A stretch of DNA of 64,000 nt, from positions 143,716,001 to 143,780,000 of the forward strand of contig OX597815.1 of the NCBI GenBank assembly GCA_951406725.2, written 5' to 3'. A program made the translations under genes and the position numbers. This stretch comes from Octopus vulgaris. Lineage: Eukaryota. The notes beneath the pieces were generated by a model. It did not search any database and was not told the DNA's origin. It saw nothing but the letters and a program-made list of their open reading frames with translations. Numbering within the stretch: the stretch's first letter is position 1; every line of letters begins with the position of its first letter. Below, one piece after another: positions 1 to 13,200 of this stretch.

Positions 1-759
1 GTGTGATACACAAGTAGCTATTATAAACGAACAGTGCATCTAGTGTACATAAAGGATATATTCTTAAATTTGTCATACACATAAAGTGTAAATATTCATT
101 TTATTATAAGCACATCTGTGTCTTCCAATATCTGTAGTGCCGTCTATTCTGTTATTCCAATCAACCAATGAGATCAATAGGCTGTTTTCAAATATTTCTG
201 TGAAAACCTTACTCTCTTCTTCTCATCTGATGAACCGAAAGAAGAAACTTTATATAACGACCGTAAAGATTCAGTTATGCTAGATTACAAGCACACACAT
301 AAATATACATTTAATAACACATTCATTTATAGATATAAACTCACACATACGTAGGCATATATCTTTTACTACGCATACACTCAAACACAGCTTCTCACAT
401 TTATATAGCCTCAAACAGCTGCAAGGCACAATTCCTTCACATCATCTAATCAATTTTCACAATTATTATCCTTAAACTGACCTTTCGGAGGTCATCAGTT
501 TAGTGACCAAAATATGTCACCTCTTATCTTGCTTAGTGGAATGAAATTGAACAAGTGTCAGGACTTTAGAAATTCAACGTCATTCTTCAAAGAAGGCGAT
601 GTAGAGCAGAGACTGTAGGTCACAAGTAGCACAATTCGATCCTTTTGACATACGATTCTTTTATTCATCTGTCGGTGATTTAATGAAATAATTTCATAAA
701 ATGAACAGATTGATGAATGAACGGACATGAATCTTCTGCACTACCTTTAGCTGCAACTT

Positions 760-1270
760 TGTTAATCAATATCTACATCAAATACCTATATATAGTAAAC
801 ATTTAAGTATTTTATATATACGTTCAATATCTGTAGAATTTGTAAGGAAAGTAAACGTCTGTAAAATGTATTTGTCTATCTGTTTATCCAGTTAACATCT
901 ACGCAGTGTGTCTATTTGACCAGTTAAAACTGCATCTCTCTATATATTGCAACAACTACACAGTGTCTATCTATAATCAGTATCCACATGCTGGTGCTAT
1001 CTACCCAGTCAACTTCTCTATACACTTTGCCTATCTATTCATTAAACATTTGCACATGTTGACTATCTAGCCATTCAATATTTACACATTCTATCTGACT
1101 ATTTATCTTGCTAGCTAGTTACCTATCCAGATATGATCTATAGTGTCTTTTTGAATACAGTTAAATCAACATATTGTGTCTATATTTCCGGTCAAAATTT
1201 ACCCACTGTATCTATCTATGTAGTGAACATCTACACACCGTGCTTGACTATCCTGGATAAATTTATACTC
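760..1270. repeat. Degenerate ~32-bp tandem repeat array (left half)
   Basis: Recurring variants of TCTATCTATCCAGTCAACATCTACACACTGTG; boundaries approximate. Confidence 0.6.
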
Positions 1271-2009
1271 TGTGCTTAGCTAATAATATAAATGCAGGGA
1301 TAATCTAGGGAGGAGGATACTCTCTGTCACAGTGATAACGGGATATTCACGTAGAATCACAAAATAATTTAAATAAATCCCAAATAAACAAAATGAACTC
1401 TCGTACAGAATCGATATAATTACGCTGGGAAGGAGGAACAGAAAAGAAATTAACGTTTCGGATAGTGGTTTTTTGCCAAGTACAGAAAAATGAAGGGGTG
1501 ACCAATGTTAACTACAAAAACGATATTGATTTTAGGGAGCAGCATGGTGAGTGCTAGAAGGGGAGGGAATAGAGTAGAAGTACATGTAGAATAGGGGTTT
1601 GTAGCAAATCTGAGCGAGATAAGCATGGGTTGGTTTATGGAAATGTGATGTGATGCTGGTATGACCATAGTATAATAGTGAGTATGAATATGAGCGTGTG
1701 TGTTGTCGAAGAATGTATAGGGTTCAAGGTGGATGAGTAGCGTGGTGCGCGCGCACGTGTGTGCGTGGAGACGGGGCGAAATATATGCGAGGGCGTATTT
1801 GGGAATCTAGTTAAGTCTTGGAGGACAGGTACTTTCTTTTAAGGGAAAACAATTCAGTTATTAATCTCAGCTAGAATAAAGTGTTTTAATCGGAAGAGCA
1901 ATTGTTATTCCTGATGGAGACGAGAGACTGGTGAACCCTAGCGTCATACAATGTCGCAAACAGCGAGATGCGGGTTGGTGTGTCCTGGAAAACTGAAGCA
2001 ACTGACCTT

Positions 2010-2389
2010 TTTTTACACACTGTGTCTATTTATCGAATCAACATCTGCACATTATGTCTACGTATTCGATCAGCATCAGTACACTGTGTCTAACTATTCT
2101 ACCACATTCGTACATCATATCTATACAGTCAACGTCTACACACGGTTTTTCTCTATCTACACAGCATACATAGTGTCACAGTGTTTATTTATTCACTCAC
2201 CATCTACACATTGTGTCAATCTATACAGTCAACATCTATACACTGTATTTATCTACTCACTCAACAGCTACAAACTGTGTCTATCAACAGCCGTAATTTA
2301 TCCAATCGAAATCTACACATCGTATCTATCCACTCATTCAACCTGAGCATATTTAGCCTATCTAACCAATCAGCATCTACACACTGCAA

Positions 2390-2448
<59 letters not shown>

Positions 2449-2530
2449 ATCTATCCAATCATCATCTACACAATGTGTTAATCTAACCGCTTAACACCTA
2501 CCCACTGTGTCTGTCTATTTCATCACCCTT
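2010..2530. repeat. Degenerate ~32-bp tandem repeat array (right half), with internal (TATC)n
   Basis: Same CAACATCTACACA/TGTGTCTATCTA units as 760-1270. Confidence 0.6.
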
Positions 2531-2748
2531 TACACTCTGTATCTATCAATCCATCTGTCGTGTCTGTCTTTCCGGTCCAACTGAGTACTGGAAATGTTAT
2601 CGTATCCTGTTTCTATTGTGCAACTGAATCCATGTTACATACTGTTAGGTCTCCATAATCTAGTCTCAACCATTTCTAGTTTAAAGTAGTCATTTCTCTT
2701 CGTTGTTGCCTCTGGGAACAGTTATGCAGTATTGAATTCTACAACATG

Positions 2749-2751
<3 letters not shown>

Positions 2752-2797
<46 letters not shown>

Positions 2798-2847
2798 CAT
2801 ACATACATGCATACAAACGTACATACATACATATATATGTGTGTGCA

Positions 2848-2894
<47 letters not shown>

Positions 2895-2902
2895 GTGTGT
2901 GT
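2752..2902. repeat. Compound microsatellite (TA)n/(TACA)n/(TG)n
   Basis: Direct reading. Confidence 0.95.
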
Positions 2903-3208
2903 GGAGGCGCAATGGCCCAGTGGTTAGGACAGCGGACTCGCGGTCGTAGGATCGCGGTTTCGATTTCCAGACCGGGCGTTGTGAGTGTTTATTGAGCGAA
3001 AACACCTAAAGCTCCACGAGGCTCCGGAAGGGGGTGGTGGCGATCCCTGCTGTATTCTTTCGCCACAACTTTCTCTCACTCTTTCCTCTGTTGGCCTGCT
3101 CGCTTAGCCAGCGGGGTGGCGTCATTTGAAGGCTAAAACAATGCGAAGCGCATTATGACCAGCGATGTGTAGCAGCATCTGATGGCCTGGTCGGTCACGG
3201 TGATCACG

Positions 3209-3211
<3 letters not shown>
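2903..3211 (+). mobile_element. tRNA-derived SINE (family C, head GGAGGCGCAATGGCCCAGTGGTTAGG)
   Basis: A-box-like TGGCCCAGTGG, B-box-like GGTTTCGATTTCC, short repeated tail (TCACGGTG) running into (TA)n. Confidence 0.8.
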
Positions 3212-3273
<62 letters not shown>

Positions 3274-3398
3274 AGAAGATGATTAAACATTACAACATGT
3301 CTACAGCTGCTCTAACGATTAGCTTGCACTTTTGAGTTCATCACTTCCCAGTACAAGTCTTGTTTACACGTTTGAACTGCTTGACAAAGTGTATTATA

Positions 3399-4650
3399 TT
3401 GGGTTGGCAACTAAGTTCCCACCGTTTTTTTAAATTCAAAATTTTTTTTAAGGTTTAATAAAAAATAATAACTAATTAATCAATAATGTATTCACCTTTG
3501 TTGTTTACAACTTTTTCCCAACGTTCAACAAGATTTTCAATACCTCGTTGGTAGAAATCACTCGATTTCGACTCGAAAAATTGATGCAACCAAGCTCTCA
3601 ATTCTGCATCAGTATTGAATGTAACTCCGCGCATAGCATTTGAAAGAGATCGAAAGAGGTGGAAATCCGTTGGTGCCAAATCAGGAGAATACGGTGGGTG
3701 TAGCAGCACTTCCCAGCCATATTGGTGATATGGCCATATTGGCCATATTGGCGATATGAGGGCGGGCGTTGAACTCCATGCTGCCAATTAGGTCTTTTCT
3801 TTTGAATAGCCGTGTTGAGCCGTTCCATCTGCTGAACATAGAATTCCGCGTTGACCGTTTGGTTTCGTTCAAGCAATTCGGAATGGTTAACCCTTCCCAG
3901 TCCCACCATACGCACAACATCGTTTTACGCGGATGAAGATCTTGTTTCTCGCCCGGTGTCGCTTGTTTACTGGAGCTAAGCCATTCCTTACAGGCAACAT
4001 TTTTCGTCGCCAGTAACGATTCGGTAAAGAAATCGTTGCTGGTGTCCATGACTTGAGCGGTGACGTGCAAGCAAACCAGCGGACATTGTGATTTTTGTTG
4101 TTGTCACTTAAAGCATGCGGAACCTATGCTCCATACTTCTGAACCTTTCCCATCGAGTGAAGATGCTTCTCTATAGCAGTGTGGGAGCATTCCATTTTCT
4201 CTGCCAGTTCCCTTGTCGTTTGAAGAGAATTTTCGGGCACAAGTTGGTTTAATCGCTCTTCATCGAACTCAACTGAACGGCCAGAACGAGGTGTGTCTTT
4301 GAGGTCAAAATTTCCACTTTTGAACTTGGCATACCAATCACAAGCGGTTCTTTCAGCTATGGCACCCTCTCCATACACAGCATAAATGTTGCGAGCAGCT
4401 TTTGTGGCCTTAGAACCTTGATTAAAAGCGAAAAGAAGGTGTCGAAAATGCTCGTCTTTCTTAACTTGACATTCCATTTCAATGATCTGACAATAAATAA
4501 AAGTTAACTAAAATTAACTAGAAAAAAAAGTAGATTCACAAATGATTCAAAAATAGAATTCTCGAAAAAAATAGATTCCAAAATTTTAAAACGCAATAAG
4601 TTCCAAAATAAAAAAATTAAAAAACGGCGGAAGCTTAGTTGCCAACCCAG
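3399..4650 (-). mobile_element. Full-length mariner (DD34D-type) DNA transposon, degenerate
   Basis: TIR TTGGGTTGGCAACTAAG..CCGTTTT at 3399 and its inverse ending at 4650; TA at 3397-3398 and 4651-4652; 1252 bp; transposase fragments inside. Confidence 0.95.
3476..4477 (-). pseudogene. Mariner transposase pseudogene (frameshifts and stops)
   Basis: ORF pieces: N-terminal HTH (EHFRHLLFAF..AVYGEGAI..WYAKFKSG..RSGR), KTMLCVWWDWEG, TVNAEFYVQQMERL, HPPYSPDLAPTDFHLFRSL..RWEKVVNNKGEY. Confidence 0.93.
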
Positions 4651-7440
4651 TAACATACTGATGTACACATGGAAAGGGACTTGACCGCTTCGGCCCTCTT
4701 TCCTCTTTCAGATAGAAAGTGCTATTTTAATCAAAATTAAAAAATAATATTTTAATAGAATATAATTACTAGCATGTGTTTTCCAGTTACTTGTTTCACT
4801 TTTATTAAATCAATAAAAAAAATGTATGTAAAAAAATCCAACTCGGTGTAGTCACCAATGAGCACAAACTAAAATTAATATTTTTTTAATTAATAAATAA
4901 TTTACATGACAACAAGTATCTTTTATATTTTCGTGCGAAATTGCTTTTAAGATACAAAATAATTTTAAATAAAATTAATGAAAATGGTTGGATTATTCAT
5001 TATTAACTAACACAGTTTTCCCTCATATATAATTACAGTAGATTCATCCGTCCTAGATACACCCAGCAACATGTAGGTTTGTGTGTCTGTTAGAAATTAT
5101 TATCACGCAGAAGGGGTAGGAGTATGAAAGGATTTGGTTTCTGAGTCTTGTATTATGAACGAAATAAGCCAGTCTCTGAAATATCTGTAACGAAACCTGC
5201 TTGGATAGATTTATTATTTTTATAATGAGATAAGCGCCCCACAACCACCGCTACTACTACGGTTACGAAAAGACAAAAATATTTAAATATATATCACCCG
5301 AGCTTTTAAGGAAACATAACAAGTTTTCTGACATTCTCAGAAAGGTATTTAATTGTTGAGAACAAACTGTGTATCTCACAAATAAAACAAAAGCAAGATG
5401 TAAGGCCAAAAATCTATCACAAATGTATGAAGATTTAGGAAATAGAGTAGAAAAATCATTGAAATATGTCTATTTGTAATGATGTCCTGGAATTTACTAG
5501 TGTTGATGTTAATTTATTTGAAGATTAGTCTCATTTTAATATTTATAAATATATTATAATAACTTTTCTTCACTACTTGAGAAATATGAAACAAATTTAA
5601 AGAATGAAACTTCTCTAACCTGGTCTAATAGTTTAGCAAGTATAGCAGTGTCATCGATAGCTATCGAGTGACTGCTCAGGGTACATCAGTAAAAAGAAAC
5701 CACAGCGACAATACTCACAAGCTCGATTCAAAAATGACAGTCTAGTTATATAAGAAAATCAATATTAAATGGAATCAAGAAACCAACAAGATAGTAATGA
5801 AGGAGAATTGGTTTACAGACAAAAATCGTGTGGAAGGGGTTGGGGCAACGATGGAGTTGCTAACACGAATGGATCATAAGAGGTGATTCAGTGAAATGTC
5901 TTTCACCAAATTCAAAAGTTTTATATGTTTATTGCCATGCATATTGCATGAATCCTCTGTTTGTAAAGAGTATGCAATCCAGTTGCTATTTTGTCTTTTT
6001 GATATTGTAAAAAGGTTATATATCTTCATTTTGCAAGTAACTGGAATGCTTTATTCATACAAATTCGCTAACCCACCTATCCAAAATCTCAGAACTGAGA
6101 ATATTTTTTGGTACAAGGTGACCCTGTTCGGTAGCAGCTCTAAAAACTTTGATAACCTTACAGTAAGTCTTTACGGCTCTGGCATATTTTCCGATCAGAA
6201 CCTGAGAGTAGCTCGCCAGATTCAGATAGCAAAAACGCAGCGATACTGTTAAGTAACATCGACTTTAAGTTTCGTCTTTACTTTCAAATGTCAAGACTTG
6301 TATTTATGGAGATAGCGGTTATTTCAAGTGTTACATCGCATATACAATCACTGTTGATGTGCTTAAGATACGTAATGTTTTGAATGTAACTCAGTAAGCT
6401 TATGATGCAGATACCGAAGTTCCGACGGAGTTTTTGGTCAAATAATGGCAAGAAAAGTGCCAGCGAGATTCAAGTTTAGTTCTAAATCTTAAAAAGTATT
6501 TATCTTGTGAAAGTGTGTTCAGAATGTATTACACACATTCCAGAAATTAAGGAATTTACCAGGTGATTTACGGGTAAGTTGGAAACATCTAAAGCCACAA
6601 TATAGCTTATTTGTGCCACTAAACTGAAAGGTCATTGGAGAATGAGGGGGATAAGAACTTTTGATAGGAATAAGGGTATTTCACTCATCTTATTCACTGC
6701 CAAAAATTACCCGAGATTCACCCTCAGTTATACCGAGGAAAATTCTGTCCGTCTTGTTTTCCCAAGTTGTTTTACAAGCAACAGCAACTGTAAAGCGTTC
6801 CTTTCCCAAACTTAAGTTAGTTTAGTATAAAATTGTACAACCTGTGTGGTGAAGAGACACACTCCAATATTATACTGAATTAGTACTGAGAAAGACATTA
6901 ATGCTGATAACGAAGAAATGATAAACACAATGAAGCACATATCCAACAAGTAAATTCTCTTATGATTTATTAAAGTATGTTGGCATCCTTATTCTTCAGT
7001 CTGTATTTCATTGTAGATAGATGATTAACATTATAAACTTTTGCCTTTGTATTTTCCTGATAAGGGTCAATATTTTTCTATTGCTACTTAAGAGCTGTGG
7101 CATAGCTAACAGTATATTTCCATAAATCTTTAATTTATAGCTTCACATTATTCCATATTTAAATATATATATACAACAGAATATCGTAATTTATATGATG
7201 AGCAAGATAAAAGTAAATATGAGCAAAATTGAATAATAATTGGAAATAAACTCCAATATTTCAATATCTCCATATCTTTTGAAAATATTGCAATAAAAAT
7301 ATGCCGTTTTTTACAATAAATTTTCGTTTATATTTTCTTGAATCAGTTTTATACTTAAAATAATGCATTGAAAGCAACAGAACTTAAGAATATTTTACTA
7401 CATATAAGTTTAACACTTTTTCTTTATGCATAAGCATACA

Positions 7441-7501
<61 letters not shown>

Positions 7502-7504
<3 letters not shown>

Positions 7505-7566
7505 GGAGTAAGCACATAAGTGTGAAACGAGGTGGAAAAAAGAGTACTAAAATACCAGAGGTAGAG
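7502..7566 (+). repeat. Dispersed ~65-bp repeat next to (TA)n; inverted copy at 49071-49137
   Basis: ACCGGAGTAA.CACATAA.TGTGAAAC.AGGTGGAAAAAAGAGTACT.AAATACCAG.GG.AGAG shared by both loci. Confidence 0.8.
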
Positions 7567-8493
7567 CCTATAGAAAATTGCGGGTTTCGATATATAAATA
7601 AGTCAGGAAAATACTTTCTTTTCTTTTCCAGCTGAGGCCCTGTTTTTCTAAAAGATTCTCCGTATCACTGCAATATCAACATATGCGGTCGCTCACAGTC
7701 CATCAAAAGGTCCATCAAAAAGTCGGCTTAGATATATCTTTCATAATTGTTTTGTAATGCTTCCCAACCTCTTTCTTCTAAAACACACAATTTATTAGGA
7801 AAACAAGAAAGCCGGTTTATTAACGCGGGTTTGTATGTCTACTTTGCAATGGCACGAAACATTCTGTAACTTGTCCAATGGATGGAAATATTCCTAGTCT
7901 GAGGCGTATAATGATACAAAGCATTTTAAAAGTTATTTAATAGAACAAGACATGTAGGGACTTATATAATAGTGCAAGACATGTACAATATTACAAGACT
8001 TTGTTGAAACTTATATAATGAGACACAGCATTGTGTGATTCATACATTTATAAATATATATTTAGATTATTTTTCTTGAAGTTGCTCTAAAATAACATCA
8101 AATGTACATGGGTTAGTGCTACCATTTTTAGTATTGTGCTCTAAGTAATTTTAATCAATTATTATTACACCTGTAATTAGGCGCAACAATCAAATTGATA
8201 ACTAACTTTGATCAAGGAAAGCAAAGGAAACAATCGTGGAATTAAAATTAAAATCAAATTTAAATACACTGGGGAAATTTGTCTGGTCTTTGACAGACAA
8301 TATGATGACAACTCTAGACCTGTTTCGGTTTTATAAAACCTCCTCGATGAAGTATAGTTCTTGCCATACTGCCAGAAGATAGACGACTTGAAAAAGATAC
8401 CGGTTGTTATTGTGAGTAAACACTAAATGGTTGAAAGTGTCGATGCAGCTCAGTAAATAGTTTATATATCGTTACCCTACTAAGATAAAGCAA

Positions 8494-8730
8494 GGCAGTG
8501 AGCTGACAGAAACGTTAGCATGCCGGGCGAAATGCTTTGTGGTATTTCGTCCGCCGTTACGTTCTGAGTTCAAATTCCGCCGAGGTCGACTTTGCCTTTC
8601 ATCCTTTCGGGGTCGATAAATTAAGTACCAGTTACGCACTGGGGTCGATATAATCGACTTAATCCGTTTGTCTGTCCGTGTTTGTCCCCTCTATGTTTAA
8701 GCCCCTTGTGGGCAATAAAGAAATAAGAAA
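8494..8730 (+). mobile_element. tRNA-derived SINE family A (head GGCGGCGAGCTGGCAGAAACGTTAGC)
   Basis: B-box GAGTTCAAATTCC, central GCCTTTCATCCTTTCGGGGTCGATAAATTAAGTACCAG; TSD TAAGATAAAG at 8481-8490 and 8731-8740. Confidence 0.92.
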
Positions 8731-9033
8731 TAAGATAAAGAAGGAGCAACCTTAACATGGTATGTGGCTACTTGACAATCTGGAAATATGAGCGAAATTT
8801 CCTTCAAATCTTACTCTGACCAGGATGGTCAGGCTGGAAAGTCTTTAGTCATAGTTCTACTCAGCTGGGCTAAACAATAACAGCAACTGTGTATACATAG
8901 TATTAAGGGAAACGAATTGATCCTGACAGCTACAAATTGTTGAGTTTCTCACATAGAATTAAGGTAGGTGACGCACACGCATACATACATACATGTACTT
9001 ATACATACCTACACACACACATATATTTATATG

Positions 9034-9090
<57 letters not shown>

Positions 9091-9651
9091 TGGCCATAAA
9101 CAACAAACTTTGACTAGAAAGGGCAAAAACCAGGCAGTCGAATCCGGGCGCCAGGCTGACTTAGTTCCCTGGAATCTTTGTCCAATTTATGACACCCGGT
9201 CACTAATTAAATAATTATTAATCAGTATATCTACCCTAACCGCTTTGTCTTTCTTCTTTCATCTTCATATCTTTTCTTCATATTCTCTCACCAGTTCGTT
9301 ATATCATGCATTCACACAAGCTTCAACATACACATACACCAACATACACACATAGACATAAACACACCATCAAACATTCATACACACATACACATACCTA
9401 CCGACTTTCATACATACATACACACATACATACAAACATACATACAAACATACATACATACATACATACATAGATACATACTTACATACATACATACATA
9501 CATACTTACATACATACATACATACATACATACCTTTTACTATTTCATTTTTTCTCTCACATCCCCTCATTGTCAGTTAACATAATTCATTTAACAGATT
9601 TCCCAGCTATTTAACCTCCACCTTTTCTCTCTCACACACACATCACACGCG

Positions 9652-9881
<230 letters not shown>

Positions 9882-10085
9882 ATCTAGCTAGCTAGCTCCT
9901 TAATGTCATTCCTCCTCTCTCTTTCTCTCTCTCTCTCCCTCTTTGTCTCTCTACCACAATAATTTCTCTCTACTTTAATAATATCTCTCTATTTCACTCT
10001 TATTCTTTCTTTCTCTCTCTCTGTCTATATGTGTGTGTATGTATGTATGTATGTATGTATGTATGTATGTATGTATGTATGTATG

Positions 10086-10120
<35 letters not shown>

Positions 10121-10124
10121 CAAT

Positions 10125-10164
<40 letters not shown>

Positions 10165-10734
10165 CTACCTCTGTCTTGCTTGTTTCACCCGCACCCCCAC
10201 ATCACCCATCACGACACACCTACTTATTCTGCCCCTAGTTTCATTCGCCTGACCCCATCCTTCTGCAAAATCACTTAACTTTACATCCCCCACCCTGCAG
10301 GACCCTATATCGTGCTATTTGCACCTAAATATAAACACCTTTAACATTTATTGACTGGGAGAAGTGAAAGGATGATTAGTTACTGGCACTGAACCCAAAT
10401 AATTAAGGCTTTATTAGTTTGCAGGACCAGCTATCCCCTAAAACTTTACAGACTCCTTAGATGTCAGCTTTATCTGGGTCTAACACTTTTAAGGGATAAT
10501 TAGATGCCATGAATATGCAACTCTGAACACATAAACATGGGCGCCATCAATACATACCAATGCTAACATATAAAACTTAGTGGATTCCTAACGGCTAAAA
10601 TATGGCCGCTTAAAACTCACGAAATCATAAATCTCCCAGAATGCAATATTATTTTTATTTTATTTATTTACTTATAGAATGAGATGGGGATTTATAGTTT
10701 TTGTAATCCCTTCCAGATTGGTAATAGTTTGTTG

Positions 10735-10850
10735 TTGTTTAACCCTGTGATCGAGCAGGCCTATCTTCAAAGACATTCCACATCCCAATCATGACCATCT
10801 CGTCTTTTAGGAGATATCCAGGGCTAGACTATCTCGCATGTCTTCTTCTC
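10735..10850 (+). repeat. Old dispersed repeat family fragment (related pieces near 8810-8875 -, 19010-19085 -, 38550-38620 +, 45295-45355 +, 45505-45560 -)
   Basis: Shared motif resembling TCAAAGGC.TTCCAGCCATGACCATCC, often with GCAGACCTAT and TTAACCC upstream. Confidence 0.5.
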
Positions 10851-11499
10851 CTTCCCCACTATTTTGTAAAGCTTCATATTCATTTACTTTTCAGCTTTTT
10901 TTTGTTTTTGCTTCAGTCAGTAAACTGCGGCCATTCTGGAGCTCCTTGCGCAAGGTTTTGTAGTTAATTTTATCGACTCGAGTATTTGTTTCAGCATTCA
11001 TTTTATGTATCGGACTGTATTTATTCAATGCTTTAATTTTACAGAATCACGTCCCTTTAGAGAGCTACCCGCTTTTAGGGACTTAAATACAACAAGGTGT
11101 TAATACTGAGTTACACTGGTATGCGCAAGTACAAGAACCTATTAAAGATGTACGGCTATGGAAGAACATGGTAACATATGAGTATAAAGTACGGTTGTGT
11201 AGGAATGTGGTAATATATGAGGATAAAGGATGGATGGGAAAAATGGTTTTGATATTCTAGATATTGTCGTGCAGGATTAGGAGAAATATTACTATTGCTC
11301 CTTAGAATATAGGTATGACAGCAGATAAATAATAACAGCAGCAGTAGCGGTAGCAGCAACAACAGCAGCAGCAGCAGCAACAACAACAACAGCGATAACG
11401 ATAAGAACCTCAACAACAACAAGCGGAAGATACATAACTTCAGCAACTGTTAATGTCAATAATATTTACAAAACCTCAAAAACAAAGCAAAAGCAATTT

Positions 11500-11553
11500 A
11501 TAATAATAATAACAACGACAACGACAACGACAACAACGATGATGATGATGATT

Positions 11554-11590
<37 letters not shown>

Positions 11591-11593
11591 CGG

Positions 11594-11655
<62 letters not shown>

Positions 11656-11726
11656 GTGGTGGTGATGATGATGATGATGATGATGATGGTGGTGGTGATG
11701 ATGATGATGATGATGATGATAATAAT
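11500..11726. repeat. (ATG)n trinucleotide array with AAT/ACA flanks
   Basis: Direct reading; source of poly-H, poly-M and poly-I ORFs. Confidence 0.95.
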
Positions 11727-12984
11727 GTCTACCATAGGCAGAAGGCCAGGAATCTGGGAAGAAGAGAGGATACACGAACAAGAACAGCGATAACAAGAAA
11801 GTGATGTAATATCTTGAACAGAAGTTCCAGATGCACGTTTAATACAGATGCCACTGCAAATTATAAATGGTGGTGACTTTGGTTTGTTTAATGTTTAAGG
11901 AAACAGACAGAATGGCAATGGAGTAAGTAATGAGAAACCCCTGGGTGGTAAACGGTGGTTCGGGTAAAAATAGAACAGCTGTGTTATTTTAGGCATATAT
12001 TGCGTCAGCTCGGTAGTGAGATCATCAATTTGGTAATAAACTTATTTGATGGGAGTTATAATTAGAGCAAAAAATACAAGGGTTTCATACTTCTTATATT
12101 ACAAAGAAGTAAAAAAAAAACGTCTTCCGCCCTTTTCTGTGGCACTGCCATTAACCACTTGGATATGGAACTTTCGTTTTTGCTTCTTTGTTTTCTTTTA
12201 ATATTTTAACTCCGAGGAGTACCCATAGCTTCTGAAGATCTTCCAAGACAGGCGAAAGCAATGCAATTGATCTTTCACTAAGTCATATAGGTTGATGTTT
12301 CTACAGAAACTATGTCGCACTGGTTGATAACAGTTCTGGGGATAAATATTTATGAGCATTTTTTTGCGCAGGATTTAGAAAATGAAATAAAGCCATAGTA
12401 CAATACAGATTTTGGAGGTGGTACACTGAAGAAATGAGGACAAAGGCAGGTAAATTGAGTGAACTTGAGGGTTTTTATATAGTTTGGTAGTTCAACCGAG
12501 CAGGAGATGTCCGAAGAGTCAGATGGAGGAAACAACATGTTATAAAGACTTGCTGGATTGGGAGTGTGTTGGTGCTTGAATATTTGGTATATCCGGTAGA
12601 GCTGAGGTCTCGGAGTTGCTATGTAAAATCGTGGAATATGAGTATGACTCTAGTGTGAATATACTTATATATTATAAGTAGGGTCAGCAGATCTCAAGGG
12701 TTAAAGTAGCTTCTGGACCATGGAGAAGGCTTTTAAGACTTTAAGATTTACTTTTGTCTGTTGTAGATGCATGTTTATCACAAAGGTTCATAAAAAATTA
12801 CGTGGTTTAATTTGGGTTTTTTTTTAGTCATTTAATTTGTGAAGACCCTGTGAATTGATGATGTGTAGGGAGAAAGATTTGTTGCAATTGTGTTTTCTTA
12901 AACTACAAACTGCGATATTATAATAATGCAGCTGTTAATTATAACGTACGCTAGCTTATATTGCCGATTTTTCTACTGCCATTT

Positions 12985-13200
12985 CTGTAGCTTGTAAAAC
13001 TCGGAGCTGACTGTTCTCGCACCACATCTACTGAAGCATCCCCGATTCGCTCGTCACTCATCCTATATTGTCTTCAGCCCTAGCCCACTGCAAGCCACAC
13101 ACTAACCAGTACACCCAGCCTTTCCTGCTCAGAACATCAGTCCTATGGAATTTCAGCAGCCGTCGTCTTGATTCCCGAAAACTATTAGCTATGTAGACCT
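12985..13200 (+). mobile_element. CR1/L2-type LINE 3' ORF2 remnant
   Basis: Translation gives HPI..HTNQYTQPFLLRTSVLWN, resembling the ORF2 C-terminal SFFPRTxxLWN motif. Confidence 0.55.

Noticed and set aside
228-240. CTGATGA-ACC-GAAA hammerhead words
   Set aside because: No helix I, helix II or cleavage triplet
2903-2975. tRNA gene (also other SINE heads)
   Set aside because: A- and B-box-like motifs continue into SINE bodies; no convincing cloverleaf
5896-6252. 118-aa ORF
   Set aside because: No recognisable domain or splice context; length expected by chance
11466-11796. Poly-His, poly-Met and poly-Ile ORFs
   Set aside because: Translation of an (ATG)n microsatellite
11820-12900. Possible Penelope RT remnant (QxNGVxMxNPL-like words near 11905-11945)
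   Set aside because: Needs frameshifts and has no second supporting motif
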